Positions 33,260-41,872 of a stretch of DNA of 64,000 bases are shown here, in pieces. The notes under the pieces are model-generated. The model was not told the origin of the DNA, did not search any database, and was given only the letters and a program-made list of their open reading frames with translations. The stretch is taken from IMG/VR virus record IMGVR_UViG_3300045988_159775. One strand, given 5' to 3'. Both the position numbers and the translations under genes were made by a program. This DNA comes from a virus. How positions within the stretch are numbered: the stretch's first letter is position 1; each line of letters opens with the position of its first letter.

Positions 33260-33276
33260 ACTTTATATAACTTTGA

Positions 33277-34407
33277 TCAATCATCATCCTCTTCATCTTC
33301 GATACCTTGCAACAAAGACTTTTTAAGATCGGCTAAATCTTTTTTCATAGAAGCGCGGATACGGGAATGAAGAACATTTAACAGAGGATTATGTTCTTGA
33401 TATAATTTATAATATTCACGCGGTGAACTCCAAGATAATTTACCTTTCATAAATGATATTTTCTTGGCGCCGTCTTTTACTAATATCCCATTCTCCAAAG
33501 CATATTCAATATCTTCATCTGATAGTATAATTCCATACCCCAAAAGAATAGCTATGTCAGTTTTCTTTCGACTTCCAAAATCATTTTTAACAACCTTTAC
33601 TTCTGTTATTTGAAGAACTTCTACGTCATCAATTTTTTTATGTTCTTTCAATTTCATGGAAAGACGAATAGTGGGAAGTAATTCTACCCATTCACCCCCA
33701 GTAGATTTACGCGTTGAGATTCCCATCGTACTTTGTTCATACTGGTGATTAAGCATAACAAAGTGGATAATATTCGTATACATTTCCGACATTATAAATT
33801 TAGCAAATTTCTTTGCTTCCTTAGCAAATGCCATCATCTTCTCGTTCTTCAATTCAATATCCTCTACGTCCGTACCTCTTTGAAGTTCTTTATCAAGTTT
33901 CTTTATATTTTCCTCCATGGTATCCAATTCGGACTTCGATAAGGTCGCGCCTAATGAATCCCAAAGGAAAAAGAACTTCGGAGTAATTTTTTCAGCCTTT
34001 AGAATTTCACGAGTATCATTGATAAGTTTTTTAGTTTGAAGAAACATTGCTTCTACATACCGGATTTTTATGATTATAATTTGGTCAATAGGTAATCCTA
34101 ATTGTAATGCATAATCTTTATTATCGCGGTTTTCGCTGGAAAGTATTACCGCTACTCCATCATCCGGATTTTCTTTCAAAAAATATTTCATTGCCATAAG
34201 CCCCAAAGTAGTTTTTCCACTCCGGCTCTTTCCTGCTATTTCTATAATTCCAGTAGGCAATCCAAAGGTACGTAGATTGTAATCCAAAGTGGGGCTACCT
34301 GTATGCGCCCAACTCTTTACTTCCATAAATCCGTCCTTATCGGAAAACTTTATTACATCCTCGCTGTTAAACCTCTTTACTATTTTATCGACAAAATTAT
34401 TCTTCAT
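33277..34407 (-). CDS. RecA/UvsX-like recombinase
   Basis: SPTLDYNLRTFGLPTGIIEIAGKSRSGKTTLGL (RecA-type Walker A context), Walker B-like FFFLWDSLGAT and an acidic C-terminal tail EDEEDDD are present. Confidence 0.7.
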   Translation of the reverse strand: MKNNFVDKIVKRFNSEDVIKFSDKDGFMEVKSWAHTGSPTLDYNLRTFGLPTGIIEIAGKSRSGKTTLGLMAMKYFLKENPDDGVAVILSSENRDNKDYALQLGLPIDQIIIIKIRYVEAMFLQTKKLINDTREILKAEKITPKFFFLWDSLGATLSKSELDTMEENIKKLDKELQRGTDVEDIELKNEKMMAFAKEAKKFAKFIMSEMYTNIIHFVMLNHQYEQSTMGISTRKSTGGEWVELLPTIRLSMKLKEHKKIDDVEVLQITEVKVVKNDFGSRKKTDIAILLGYGIILSDEDIEYALENGILVKDGAKKISFMKGKLSWSSPREYYKLYQEHNPLLNVLHSRIRASMKKDLADLKKSLLQGIEDEEDDD

Positions 34408-34420
34408 GTTACGTGGAGAT

Positions 34421-34467
34421 TAAAAAAAGAGACAATAGCAGACTTTTCAGTATATACTATTGTCTCT
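34421..34467 (-). terminator. strong Rho-independent terminator
   Basis: Perfect 11-bp stem AGAGACAATAG / CTATTGTCTCT (34428-34438, 34457-34467), followed on the minus strand by TTTTTTTAATC. Confidence 0.75.
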
Positions 34468-34506
34468 CAAAATGCAAAATTAAAAAACGTAATATTTGTA
34501 TTAAAA

Positions 34507-35820
34507 CTATTTGCCTAAGCGTTTACGGAGATCAGCCATTGACATTTTTGCGCGCGGTTTTTCCTCCTCTTCATCATCTTCTTCCTCGTCACTATCTTCA
34601 TCTCCATCCTCTTTCAAGGCTTCGCGAATAGCTTCGCGCAAATCATCATCGGACATTGATTTTTTGACTGAAACGTCTAAATCATTATCTCGTATATATT
34701 TCTTCAATTCGTTACGATCTAAGTCATCCAAACCATCATCCTCGTCACTATCCGCTTCTGATTCTTCCTCCTCGTCTTCGTCATCCTCTGGTTCAGGCTC
34801 AGGTTTTTTCTTTCCGGATTTAGAAGTTTTCTTTGGAGCAGGTTTTTCTTCCTCCTCTTCATCGTCCTCATCTTCTTCCGGTTCTACGACTTTTTTGGAA
34901 GTCTTTTTTGAAGAAACTTTCTTTTTAGGTTCGTCCTCATCATCCTCGTCTGAAGAATCAGCGTCATATTGCTCTTTTATTTCTTCTACGATCTCCAACC
35001 AACCCTCGTCTTCAAACATTTCCAAATCATTTTCCTCATCGAAAGTTTGCAATCCCTCTAAAGCACGTTCAAAATCTCTCATTTCGTAACGAGGAGTAAG
35101 TTCTGAAAGGGGCTTCAAGTTCATGAAATATTCTATCTCTTCATCTGTCAAAGGACGGGCGGAAACTTTTTTAGGGAAAGATACTTCATAATAGTTTTCA
35201 CCTTTCTTTTTGTTTGGTTTTGAGAGTTTCTTTACCAATACAGGTAGTCCCTCATCCGGATCAGTAAACGGATCAACTTCAATTGGATCATCATCCTCTT
35301 CTGAGAAAGAAAGTTTATTCAAAGCGTCACGAACCATTTTCTTGAATTCCCAAACTTTTGCTTTCAATTCTTCGTCTGGATTGATCTCATCAGCATAGGC
35401 TAACCAAGTGAACTGAGCTCCGAATCCGTCTTGTCCAGTGAAGCAAGATAAGCGGTCAGAATCCTTTGACCATTTCTTCTTAGCGTACTTCATGAATTCA
35501 TCGCATATATCTTTTTTCGTTCCTCCGTGAACCACTGAGTCATTAACCGTACCGCGATAAGTATTGCCGTCTTGTCCTGTAAAAGTCAACCAATAACACT
35601 TACGCTTAACGTAAAAATTATCTTCGCCGGGATGAGCAGGGAAAATACGAATCTTAGTTGTTTTTCCATCTTCCAAACGCAAATACTCGTTAGAATTTTG
35701 AACACCGATCATTTCGTTGTCTTCATCTACTGTTTTTTTAAGACTCTTAATGGGAGTTGGCTTAAGTTTTGATCTAAGATCAGATGCTCCCTCACTTTTT
35801 GAAGTTTTTTTAGTTGCCAT
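34507..35820 (-). CDS. candidate ssDNA-binding protein with long polyampholyte tail and HeH/Rho_N-like motif
   Basis: Sits next to the recombinase and has an acidic C-terminal region typical of SSB tails. The tail carries KKVVEPEEDEDDEEEEEKPAPKK and LDRNELKKYIRDNDLDVSVKKSMSDDDLREAIREAL. The SSB call is positional and compositional only. Confidence 0.35.
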   Translation of the reverse strand: MATKKTSKSEGASDLRSKLKPTPIKSLKKTVDEDNEMIGVQNSNEYLRLEDGKTTKIRIFPAHPGEDNFYVKRKCYWLTFTGQDGNTYRGTVNDSVVHGGTKKDICDEFMKYAKKKWSKDSDRLSCFTGQDGFGAQFTWLAYADEINPDEELKAKVWEFKKMVRDALNKLSFSEEDDDPIEVDPFTDPDEGLPVLVKKLSKPNKKKGENYYEVSFPKKVSARPLTDEEIEYFMNLKPLSELTPRYEMRDFERALEGLQTFDEENDLEMFEDEGWLEIVEEIKEQYDADSSDEDDEDEPKKKVSSKKTSKKVVEPEEDEDDEEEEEKPAPKKTSKSGKKKPEPEPEDDEDEEEESEADSDEDDGLDDLDRNELKKYIRDNDLDVSVKKSMSDDDLREAIREALKEDGDEDSDEEEDDEEEEKPRAKMSMADLRKRLGK

Positions 35821-35832
35821 AAATAATATAAA

Positions 35833-36351
35833 TTAATCAATTAGTTTTTTAGTTCTCTTCACTAAAATCCCGTTAACGCGTCCCTCAATAACAGAGTCCG
35901 CTATATCGCTGGGTTGAACCGATAAGGAAAGTTTGTTGAGTTTTTCACTCTTATCTTTTGCTGACCAAAATATAGAGTTCACATAATCTCTTATCTTTTG
36001 TTTATCTATCAAAGCCCGTCTTAAAGCTTGATAAGATTTTTGCATAGTGACATAGGAATTAACCGCGTCAATGCTCGGATTCTTTCCGGACTGTTCACTA
36101 AGTATAACTCTGGCAGACTCCTTTAGTTTAGCTTCCGTAACTTCCAAATTTAATTTCGCCAAAGCAACTTGACTTTCCGACTCCGCCAACATTTGTCCGA
36201 AGCGATTTACAATCACCGGGAAAGTTACCATTTCTCCAATAAGATTGGAATAATCAATCTTCAAAATAGCGTCTATATCGACATTTTCGTCAAATTCGTC
36301 AAAAATCAAAACATAAGTTTGACCGCCAATTGTTATTACTTTTTTCTGCAT
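35833..36351 (-). CDS. hypothetical protein
   Basis: 172-codon frame inside the replication/recombination block; no motif recognised. Confidence 0.5.
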   Translation of the reverse strand: MQKKVITIGGQTYVLIFDEFDENVDIDAILKIDYSNLIGEMVTFPVIVNRFGQMLAESESQVALAKLNLEVTEAKLKESARVILSEQSGKNPSIDAVNSYVTMQKSYQALRRALIDKQKIRDYVNSIFWSAKDKSEKLNKLSLSVQPSDIADSVIEGRVNGILVKRTKKLID

Positions 36352-36364
36352 ACTTTCCTAAGAT

Positions 36365-36706
36365 TTATTCTTCATCATCGTTTGAAACAGACTTTCTGTA
36401 AACCTTTGGCTCATTTTCTTCCTTTTGAGCGTCTAAGATATGAATGCCTATTACGGCATATCCTATTATGTCATGTAAAGTATCGCGAATGCTTTCAAAG
36501 TTAGGTTCTTTGCCCTGCATACTGTTTTCTACCATATTCCGGTATCTACGTACCTTATCCCAAAGATGAACCATATTGCCGTTCAATCCTAAATCAAAAG
36601 AAGCGCCTTTATAGTCAGCGTTCTTTTTTACCAGCAAATCGCTCATGCCATTGAAAATGCCATTGATACTCTCTTTGGTCATCTCTTTTCCTTGTTCCTT
36701 ATTCAT
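36365..36706 (-). CDS. DUF1599-like protein (nucleotide-modification-associated family)
   Basis: LLVKKNADYKGASFDLGLNGNMVHLWDKVRRYRNM fits the KN.DYG...G......DK..R pattern of DUF1599. Confidence 0.5.
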   Translation of the reverse strand: MNKEQGKEMTKESINGIFNGMSDLLVKKNADYKGASFDLGLNGNMVHLWDKVRRYRNMVENSMQGKEPNFESIRDTLHDIIGYAVIGIHILDAQKEENEPKVYRKSVSNDDEE

Positions 36707-36717
36707 TTTTAAAAGTT

Positions 36718-37344
36718 TTAAATGTTTTCTAATTCACTGAAATCCATATTCGTATTAGGAAAATGAAGTTTCAAATCTTTTATCAAAATCTCTTTTGCTT
36801 TTAGAATGTTTTCTTTCGCCCTAAATAACAATTCTTCAAAATCGCTATTGCCTAATTTCATTTCACGTTTAATGAACATAATTAAAGCTAACCAATCACA
36901 AACTTTTACGAAATTATTTTCAATAGACGTTGAACTAATTATGTTGTTTATCATCATTTCTGAAGCGAAAGTCATTTGATCAACGACTCCTTTGACTTCC
37001 TCCTTTAATTCTTCACTAACTTTATAACGAACAAAACTATTTAGAGCGCGCCTAATATCGTATCCGTTATACTCATTGTATTTTATTTCATGTGAAAGGT
37101 CTCTCAAGATAAACGACTCATCCCAATCGTGTAGTAAGGCGCGCGTAATTACTTCTAACTTAAATTCATTTACATTCGCATCCTCTGATTGTCCAAATAT
37201 ATCTTCCAATAGGACGCGTGCAAAGATTGCTACTTTGTAGGAATGTTGACTTACGCTTTCTTGTTTAAATACGTCTTTCTCCTGCCACTGTATGATGTTA
37301 TCAAGACGCTGGAGATACTTACCATTAAAAATTTTGCTTAACAT
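36718..37344 (-). CDS. HD-domain phosphohydrolase (YfbR-like 5'-deoxynucleotidase family)
   Basis: ESVSQHSYKVAIFARVL (H) and RALLHDWDESF (HD) give the H...HD...D metal-binding signature. Confidence 0.65.
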   Translation of the reverse strand: MLSKIFNGKYLQRLDNIIQWQEKDVFKQESVSQHSYKVAIFARVLLEDIFGQSEDANVNEFKLEVITRALLHDWDESFILRDLSHEIKYNEYNGYDIRRALNSFVRYKVSEELKEEVKGVVDQMTFASEMMINNIISSTSIENNFVKVCDWLALIMFIKREMKLGNSDFEELLFRAKENILKAKEILIKDLKLHFPNTNMDFSELENI

Positions 37345-37356
37345 AACCTTTTTTAT

Positions 37357-39405
37357 TTACGATACTATATAAATCTTCGTCCTATCATCAGAATAAAGAG
37401 CCCTTTGATTTTTGAACTTATCTTTCTTCACTCTCCCTGAAATAGCAACGACTCTATTTTCGTAATTCTCTATATTTTCCGGTAATCTCTCTACAGCATC
37501 TGGCCAAAGTGTTACGGGAATAATCGTATTATTGCAATCTATATTCAAGCTAACCATAGTGCCGTTTTTAATTTTCCGTTCCACGTAATATATTAACTTG
37601 CCTGCTATGGTTACTTCGCTGCCCTCCTTGACGTTTCCGAATTCGAAGTCATTAACGAATAACTTAGCAACCCTACGATTGGGGATAGCGTCACGAATCA
37701 TGGTTTCATAATCTACTTCTCCGAATCCGGTTAAACGTCTTTGTTCAAATACCCAAAATGAGTTTGTTTCTGACTCTGGAGTTTGATATTGAGGAGGCAT
37801 CTGAGCTTTCTTCCTATCCAAATACCAAGCTAATAGTTTTTTACGCTCACGTGTATTTTTCAAATCCTCTACTACATCAAAAGCACCGCTTATAATCAAG
37901 TTCTGAATTACAGTCTTATTAACTTTGGACGGAACGCGTTCCACAAACTCTTCCAATGAGAAAAACCTCCCATGCGCTTCCCTTTCCCCTATTATTAGAG
38001 GAACAACTTTATCACCAATATTTTTGATCTTTGTTAGGCTAAAGAATATTCTTTGTTCTTTTGGATCGCAAGTAAATCTCGTTTCAGAGAAATTTATATC
38101 CGGGGGACGTACTTCTATCTCAACGCCTGTTTTCTTCAATTCGGCAAGGCGATAAGGTATTTCAGATTCTTTGGCAAATTGTAACGAAGCAGTCCAAAAT
38201 TCCAAGGGATAATTAACTTTCATGTATTGACTCCAATAAGACATGATAGAATACGCTGCCGCGTGACTCTTATTAAAACCGTAACCACTAAAAGCCAATA
38301 ACTTATCCCAAACATTTTTAGCATATTCCTCTGGGTTAGGAATGTCATGCTCTTTTAACAACTTTATGTAGCCCTCCTTGAATTTTTCTCCAAACGAGCC
38401 CAAAGTTTTTACGTCTTTTTTCTTTATCGTAGTTCTAAGTATATCCGATTCTACCTCAGTCAATCCGGCTACCACTACGGCTTTCATAATTTGTTCTTGA
38501 TAAACATAAAGTCCGAACGTTTCACGCGTTATTTCCTCCATGCCAAAATCAAACTTAGGTTTCTTTTTCCCGTTTTTAATTTCAGAAAAATCGTCATGAG
38601 CTCTCAATTCCATTGGCCCCGGACGAAAGAGAGCAGTCATTGCTATGAGTTGAGCTAACGTATCCGGCTTAACTTGACGACAATAGTTCATAAGTCCTTG
38701 CGTACCGAACTGAAATACGTCTTCATTCCATCCTCTACGGAAGAATTTGAACGTTTCTTCATCATCTAAGGGTATTTCATTCCAGTTGATTTTCTTGCCC
38801 GTATTACGCTGAATTAACGTCTCCATATCTTTGAACTTATCCAATTGATTAAGTCCCAAAATATCCTCCTTTAGAAAGCCTGATTTATCAATGTATTTTC
38901 CCTCCCATTCAGAAACAAGTACGCCATCGATCATCTTTATAGGCATCCACTCCCATATATCCGTTTCCCGATCTTTGCCGTCTACGGTATGTTTAGGTAC
39001 AATAACAACGGCTGATGGATGGACGGAAGCCGAACGACACTGCAACAAACTATACTTCGTTAAATGAACTATATCGGGATTATCTTGAACGAACTTGAAT
39101 AAGGCTTTAGATCGACTCGCATATTCAATTAAATCTCCCCAAGTGTATTCTGTTTGATCATCTATGTCTTTTGTTATCTTATTCATAGTATCAAAAGGAA
39201 TGCCCTTAACTTTCCCAAAGTCCTTTAAACAAGACTTCAGTTTCATTCGCCCATACGTTCCGATCGAACAAGTGTAATCATAGCCGTACTTTTGTTTTAT
39301 GTAATCCTTTACCGCATCCCGATATTCTGTTGGAAAATCGACATCTATGTCCGGCATCATGTCGCTACGAAAAATTTTTACTTTTTTTATAGAAATTGCC
39401 TTCAT
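37357..39405 (-). CDS. dnaE: DNA polymerase III alpha (DnaE-type), C-terminal half: palm catalytic motif, fingers, OB fold
   Basis: After a 13-aa head it starts with MMPDIDVDFPTEYRD (the catalytic Asp pair). It also has FRPGPME and SGYGFNKSHAAAYS and a C-terminal OB-like region. Its start ATG overlaps the stop of the endonuclease gene (ATGA, 39402-39405). Confidence 0.9.
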   Translation of the reverse strand: MKAISIKKVKIFRSDMMPDIDVDFPTEYRDAVKDYIKQKYGYDYTCSIGTYGRMKLKSCLKDFGKVKGIPFDTMNKITKDIDDQTEYTWGDLIEYASRSKALFKFVQDNPDIVHLTKYSLLQCRSASVHPSAVVIVPKHTVDGKDRETDIWEWMPIKMIDGVLVSEWEGKYIDKSGFLKEDILGLNQLDKFKDMETLIQRNTGKKINWNEIPLDDEETFKFFRRGWNEDVFQFGTQGLMNYCRQVKPDTLAQLIAMTALFRPGPMELRAHDDFSEIKNGKKKPKFDFGMEEITRETFGLYVYQEQIMKAVVVAGLTEVESDILRTTIKKKDVKTLGSFGEKFKEGYIKLLKEHDIPNPEEYAKNVWDKLLAFSGYGFNKSHAAAYSIMSYWSQYMKVNYPLEFWTASLQFAKESEIPYRLAELKKTGVEIEVRPPDINFSETRFTCDPKEQRIFFSLTKIKNIGDKVVPLIIGEREAHGRFFSLEEFVERVPSKVNKTVIQNLIISGAFDVVEDLKNTRERKKLLAWYLDRKKAQMPPQYQTPESETNSFWVFEQRRLTGFGEVDYETMIRDAIPNRRVAKLFVNDFEFGNVKEGSEVTIAGKLIYYVERKIKNGTMVSLNIDCNNTIIPVTLWPDAVERLPENIENYENRVVAISGRVKKDKFKNQRALYSDDRTKIYIVS

Positions 39406-40196
39406 CTTATTCTCGGTTTCATACCATAAACATAACCATCTGGGAGTGGAGAATTTTTATCAATAACCTTATTCAAAACTCCGTTATTTATTCTAACTTT
39501 GCCGGTCATAGGATTAATACAGCCATTAAGATATTGTTTCTTTTTCTTCTCTGACATTTGTCTCCTTTGTTCTTCATTCCACTTATTACCGTAATTAGGA
39601 TTTAAAACCCCAATGTATCTACCTTTCATAATATCAGATTGTTTCTTTTTTTGTTCCTCGTTCCATTTATTACCGTAATTAGGATTTAAAACCCCAACAT
39701 ATCTACCAGAAAGTGTTTTTGATATTCTTTGTTTATAATCCGTATTATGCAATTTTAAAAATCTCTTTCTTTCTCTTTCTTTCCTTTTATCAGGGTTTTT
39801 AATATTCCATAAAATTGCAGATTCGCTACACTTTTTGCGAACAATTGGATCTTTCATAGGACTACCCGAACCAAATTGATTAGCAGTTCCCCAGAGTACA
39901 TTGCAACCTCCTAACCCATAAGAATAATGAGATTTTTCTTTCTTAATGAAACATTCTTCTAATTTATCAAGAACTCTTTGCGAACAAAAATTTTCATACA
40001 AAATTTCCTTTTTAATCAACTTTTTCCAACAGGTTGGATAATCCTTTCTCAGTCGTTTCAGAAAATCATCCCAAATTCTTCCGCTTCCCCAATAATTATC
40101 TAATGAACCCCAATGCTGTCCTACATAATATGGGTTTCGTCCGTTAAATTTATGCCCTGATAATATAGTGAATTTGTAAATTATTCCCTTTTTCAT
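39402..40196 (-). CDS. GIY-YIG homing endonuclease with tandem NUMOD3-like DNA-binding repeats
   Basis: GIIYKFT...YYVGQ...R...E...GCN forms the GIY-YIG core. GVLNPNYGNKWNEEQ(K/R) is repeated twice, from an 84-nt-period DNA repeat (39577-39623 and 39661-39707). The gene sits exactly between the two dnaE halves. Confidence 0.8.
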   Translation of the reverse strand: MKKGIIYKFTILSGHKFNGRNPYYVGQHWGSLDNYWGSGRIWDDFLKRLRKDYPTCWKKLIKKEILYENFCSQRVLDKLEECFIKKEKSHYSYGLGGCNVLWGTANQFGSGSPMKDPIVRKKCSESAILWNIKNPDKRKERERKRFLKLHNTDYKQRISKTLSGRYVGVLNPNYGNKWNEEQKKKQSDIMKGRYIGVLNPNYGNKWNEEQRRQMSEKKKKQYLNGCINPMTGKVRINNGVLNKVIDKNSPLPDGYVYGMKPRIR

Positions 40197-41872
40197 AACA
40201 TTGACTTTAATTTATCTACGTCAATATCTATATTTGAAAAATCTAAATCTACGTCAATATCTATTTCTTCCCCATTTGTTAAAGGTATTTTTATTTTCTT
40301 TTCGACTGGAATAATAATAACTTCTCCATTCTCCATTTCAATTACAAAATTCTCTGGGGCTTTAACACGCGTCTCGTTCAAAAATCTCTCGAACATAAGA
40401 TCGTACTTCAATGGATCTACGTCTGTAATATGAAGACAATATGCTACTAAACTACCACAAACTGAACCTCTACCCGTTCCGACCATTATGTCATTACTCT
40501 TACACCAATTTATAATATCCCAAAGGATCATAAAGTAGTCTACCAAGTCATTAGGAACAATTACTTTACATTCCGTTTCCAAGCGTTTCATATAAACGTC
40601 AAACTCCTTTTCGGGTAGATCGCCTAAACGCTCAGATACACCCTTTTCCAAAACTTTAAAGAAAAACTCAGTAGCATCCTTAACTTCAAATTTCGGTAGT
40701 TTACGCTCTCCGGACGGAATTTTGAATTCAATTTCTTGAGAAAGACTAACGGCGTTTTCTATACCCTCTGTTATTACTTCAAACAAAGGCTCCACTTCAT
40801 CTAACCAATCTATGTAGGCATTGAATGTATCTCGACAACTTTTGAAATATTGGTCTTTAGCTTCTGGTATTGCTTCGCCTAAAACAGCATTGAGAGTTTT
40901 CTTCAATTCACTCATTTCCCGATCTAAATAATACGAATCATTTATCAAGATCGGACGAACGTATTTTTGATATTTAAGTATGTAAGTATCGAGGTTGGAA
41001 AGGTGTTTTTTGAATAAAGTCTCCGATACGTATTCAACCGTATCAATTTGATAAAAGACTTTTGAAAATTTCTTCTTGTATGTCTTAATTAGTTTCCTAA
41101 CTGTTTCCGGTTCATCTTTCAAATAATTGACTTCTGATTCCTTTGGAATAACGAGTGCTAAACCAGAGCCGTATTTATACAATTCATAATCGGGAATAAA
41201 CCCACGATAAGTTACATTGACGGCTTTATTGATTTGTAAGAGATTCAACCATCCCTCAAAATTCAATACGTATAGTTTAAGTTCAAAGGTTTCTTGGTTG
41301 GTCTTTTCAGCATCATATTCTTTTGCTACTACGACCGTTTCGCCAATAATAGATTTAATCCCTTTTTTATCGCAAAAAGTCTGAAAGGAGAGCGTGCCTG
41401 CTAAAGTATTCTTATCACAAATACCTAATGACTTAATGCCCATAAACGCGGCTTTCCTCACCCAAGTTTCGCACCCTCCGCTTCCATTCAATATTTCATA
41501 CTCTGAGTGAACTCCCAGATGAACGTAATCGGTTATAAATTCCTCGCTCGTTTTACCAAGATATTTGAAATCATTGAATTGAGGCTTAAAGATTACTTCA
41601 TTATAACGGTTCTTGTCTTTTATGATAGCCGAATAATAAAATTTCTTGCCGAACTCAAACAGAATGTATTTAACCTTTTCCTCGTCCAAAAGATCGAATT
41701 CTTCATCTGAAAGAAGAAATGAGAAATCCTCATCAATTATCTTTCCGTCAAAGGGATGTAAGTATAAAAAGTCCCCAACTTCCTCGATAGAAATAATATC
41801 AGAACCCTCCAAAGAAGATTCTGATACTACTAAATTATTTTCCTTTACCCAAAGGCTCAATTCTTCTGTCAT
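40193..41872 (-). CDS. dnaE: DNA polymerase III alpha (DnaE-type), N-terminal half: PHP domain, ends at FERFLNETRV plus a 55-aa tail
   Basis: PHP motif YVHLGVHSEYEILNGSG is present, and the conserved part ends at DLMFERFLNETRV, which in intact DnaE directly precedes SMPDxDxDF. The stop overlaps the endonuclease start (ATGA, 40193-40196). Confidence 0.85.
   Translation of the reverse strand: MTEELSLWVKENNLVVSESSLEGSDIISIEEVGDFLYLHPFDGKIIDEDFSFLLSDEEFDLLDEEKVKYILFEFGKKFYYSAIIKDKNRYNEVIFKPQFNDFKYLGKTSEEFITDYVHLGVHSEYEILNGSGGCETWVRKAAFMGIKSLGICDKNTLAGTLSFQTFCDKKGIKSIIGETVVVAKEYDAEKTNQETFELKLYVLNFEGWLNLLQINKAVNVTYRGFIPDYELYKYGSGLALVIPKESEVNYLKDEPETVRKLIKTYKKKFSKVFYQIDTVEYVSETLFKKHLSNLDTYILKYQKYVRPILINDSYYLDREMSELKKTLNAVLGEAIPEAKDQYFKSCRDTFNAYIDWLDEVEPLFEVITEGIENAVSLSQEIEFKIPSGERKLPKFEVKDATEFFFKVLEKGVSERLGDLPEKEFDVYMKRLETECKVIVPNDLVDYFMILWDIINWCKSNDIMVGTGRGSVCGSLVAYCLHITDVDPLKYDLMFERFLNETRVKAPENFVIEMENGEVIIIPVEKKIKIPLTNGEEIDIDVDLDFSNIDIDVDKLKSML

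Noticed and set aside
34511-35089. Long Ser-rich plus-strand ORFs (34511..35089, 35210..35398, 43300..43626, 43630..44565) opposite the polyampholyte genes
   Set aside because: They are the antisense reading of GAA/GAT/GAG-rich acidic tracts (TTC/ATC/CTC gives Ser/Phe/Leu runs). They are low-complexity, lie fully inside better-supported minus-strand genes, and have no start context of their own.
39365-40360. Split intein joining the two DnaE halves
   Set aside because: The N-half tail does not begin with Cys/Ser/Thr after the conserved ...NETRV. The C-half head (MKAISIKKVKIFRSDM) lacks a terminal His-Asn followed by Cys/Ser/Thr, so no splicing signature is visible. Non-covalent assembly is the better reading.
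39365-40360. Group I intron carrying the GIY-YIG ORF inside dnaE
   Set aside because: Several observations argue for three coupled ORFs. The N-half frame stays open for 55 codons past the last conserved residue in AT-rich sequence, and both junctions are ATGA overlaps. Only about 200 nt of non-ORF sequence would be left for an intron core. An intron is not fully excluded without RNA data, so it is kept as the refutation test for the split-polymerase finding.
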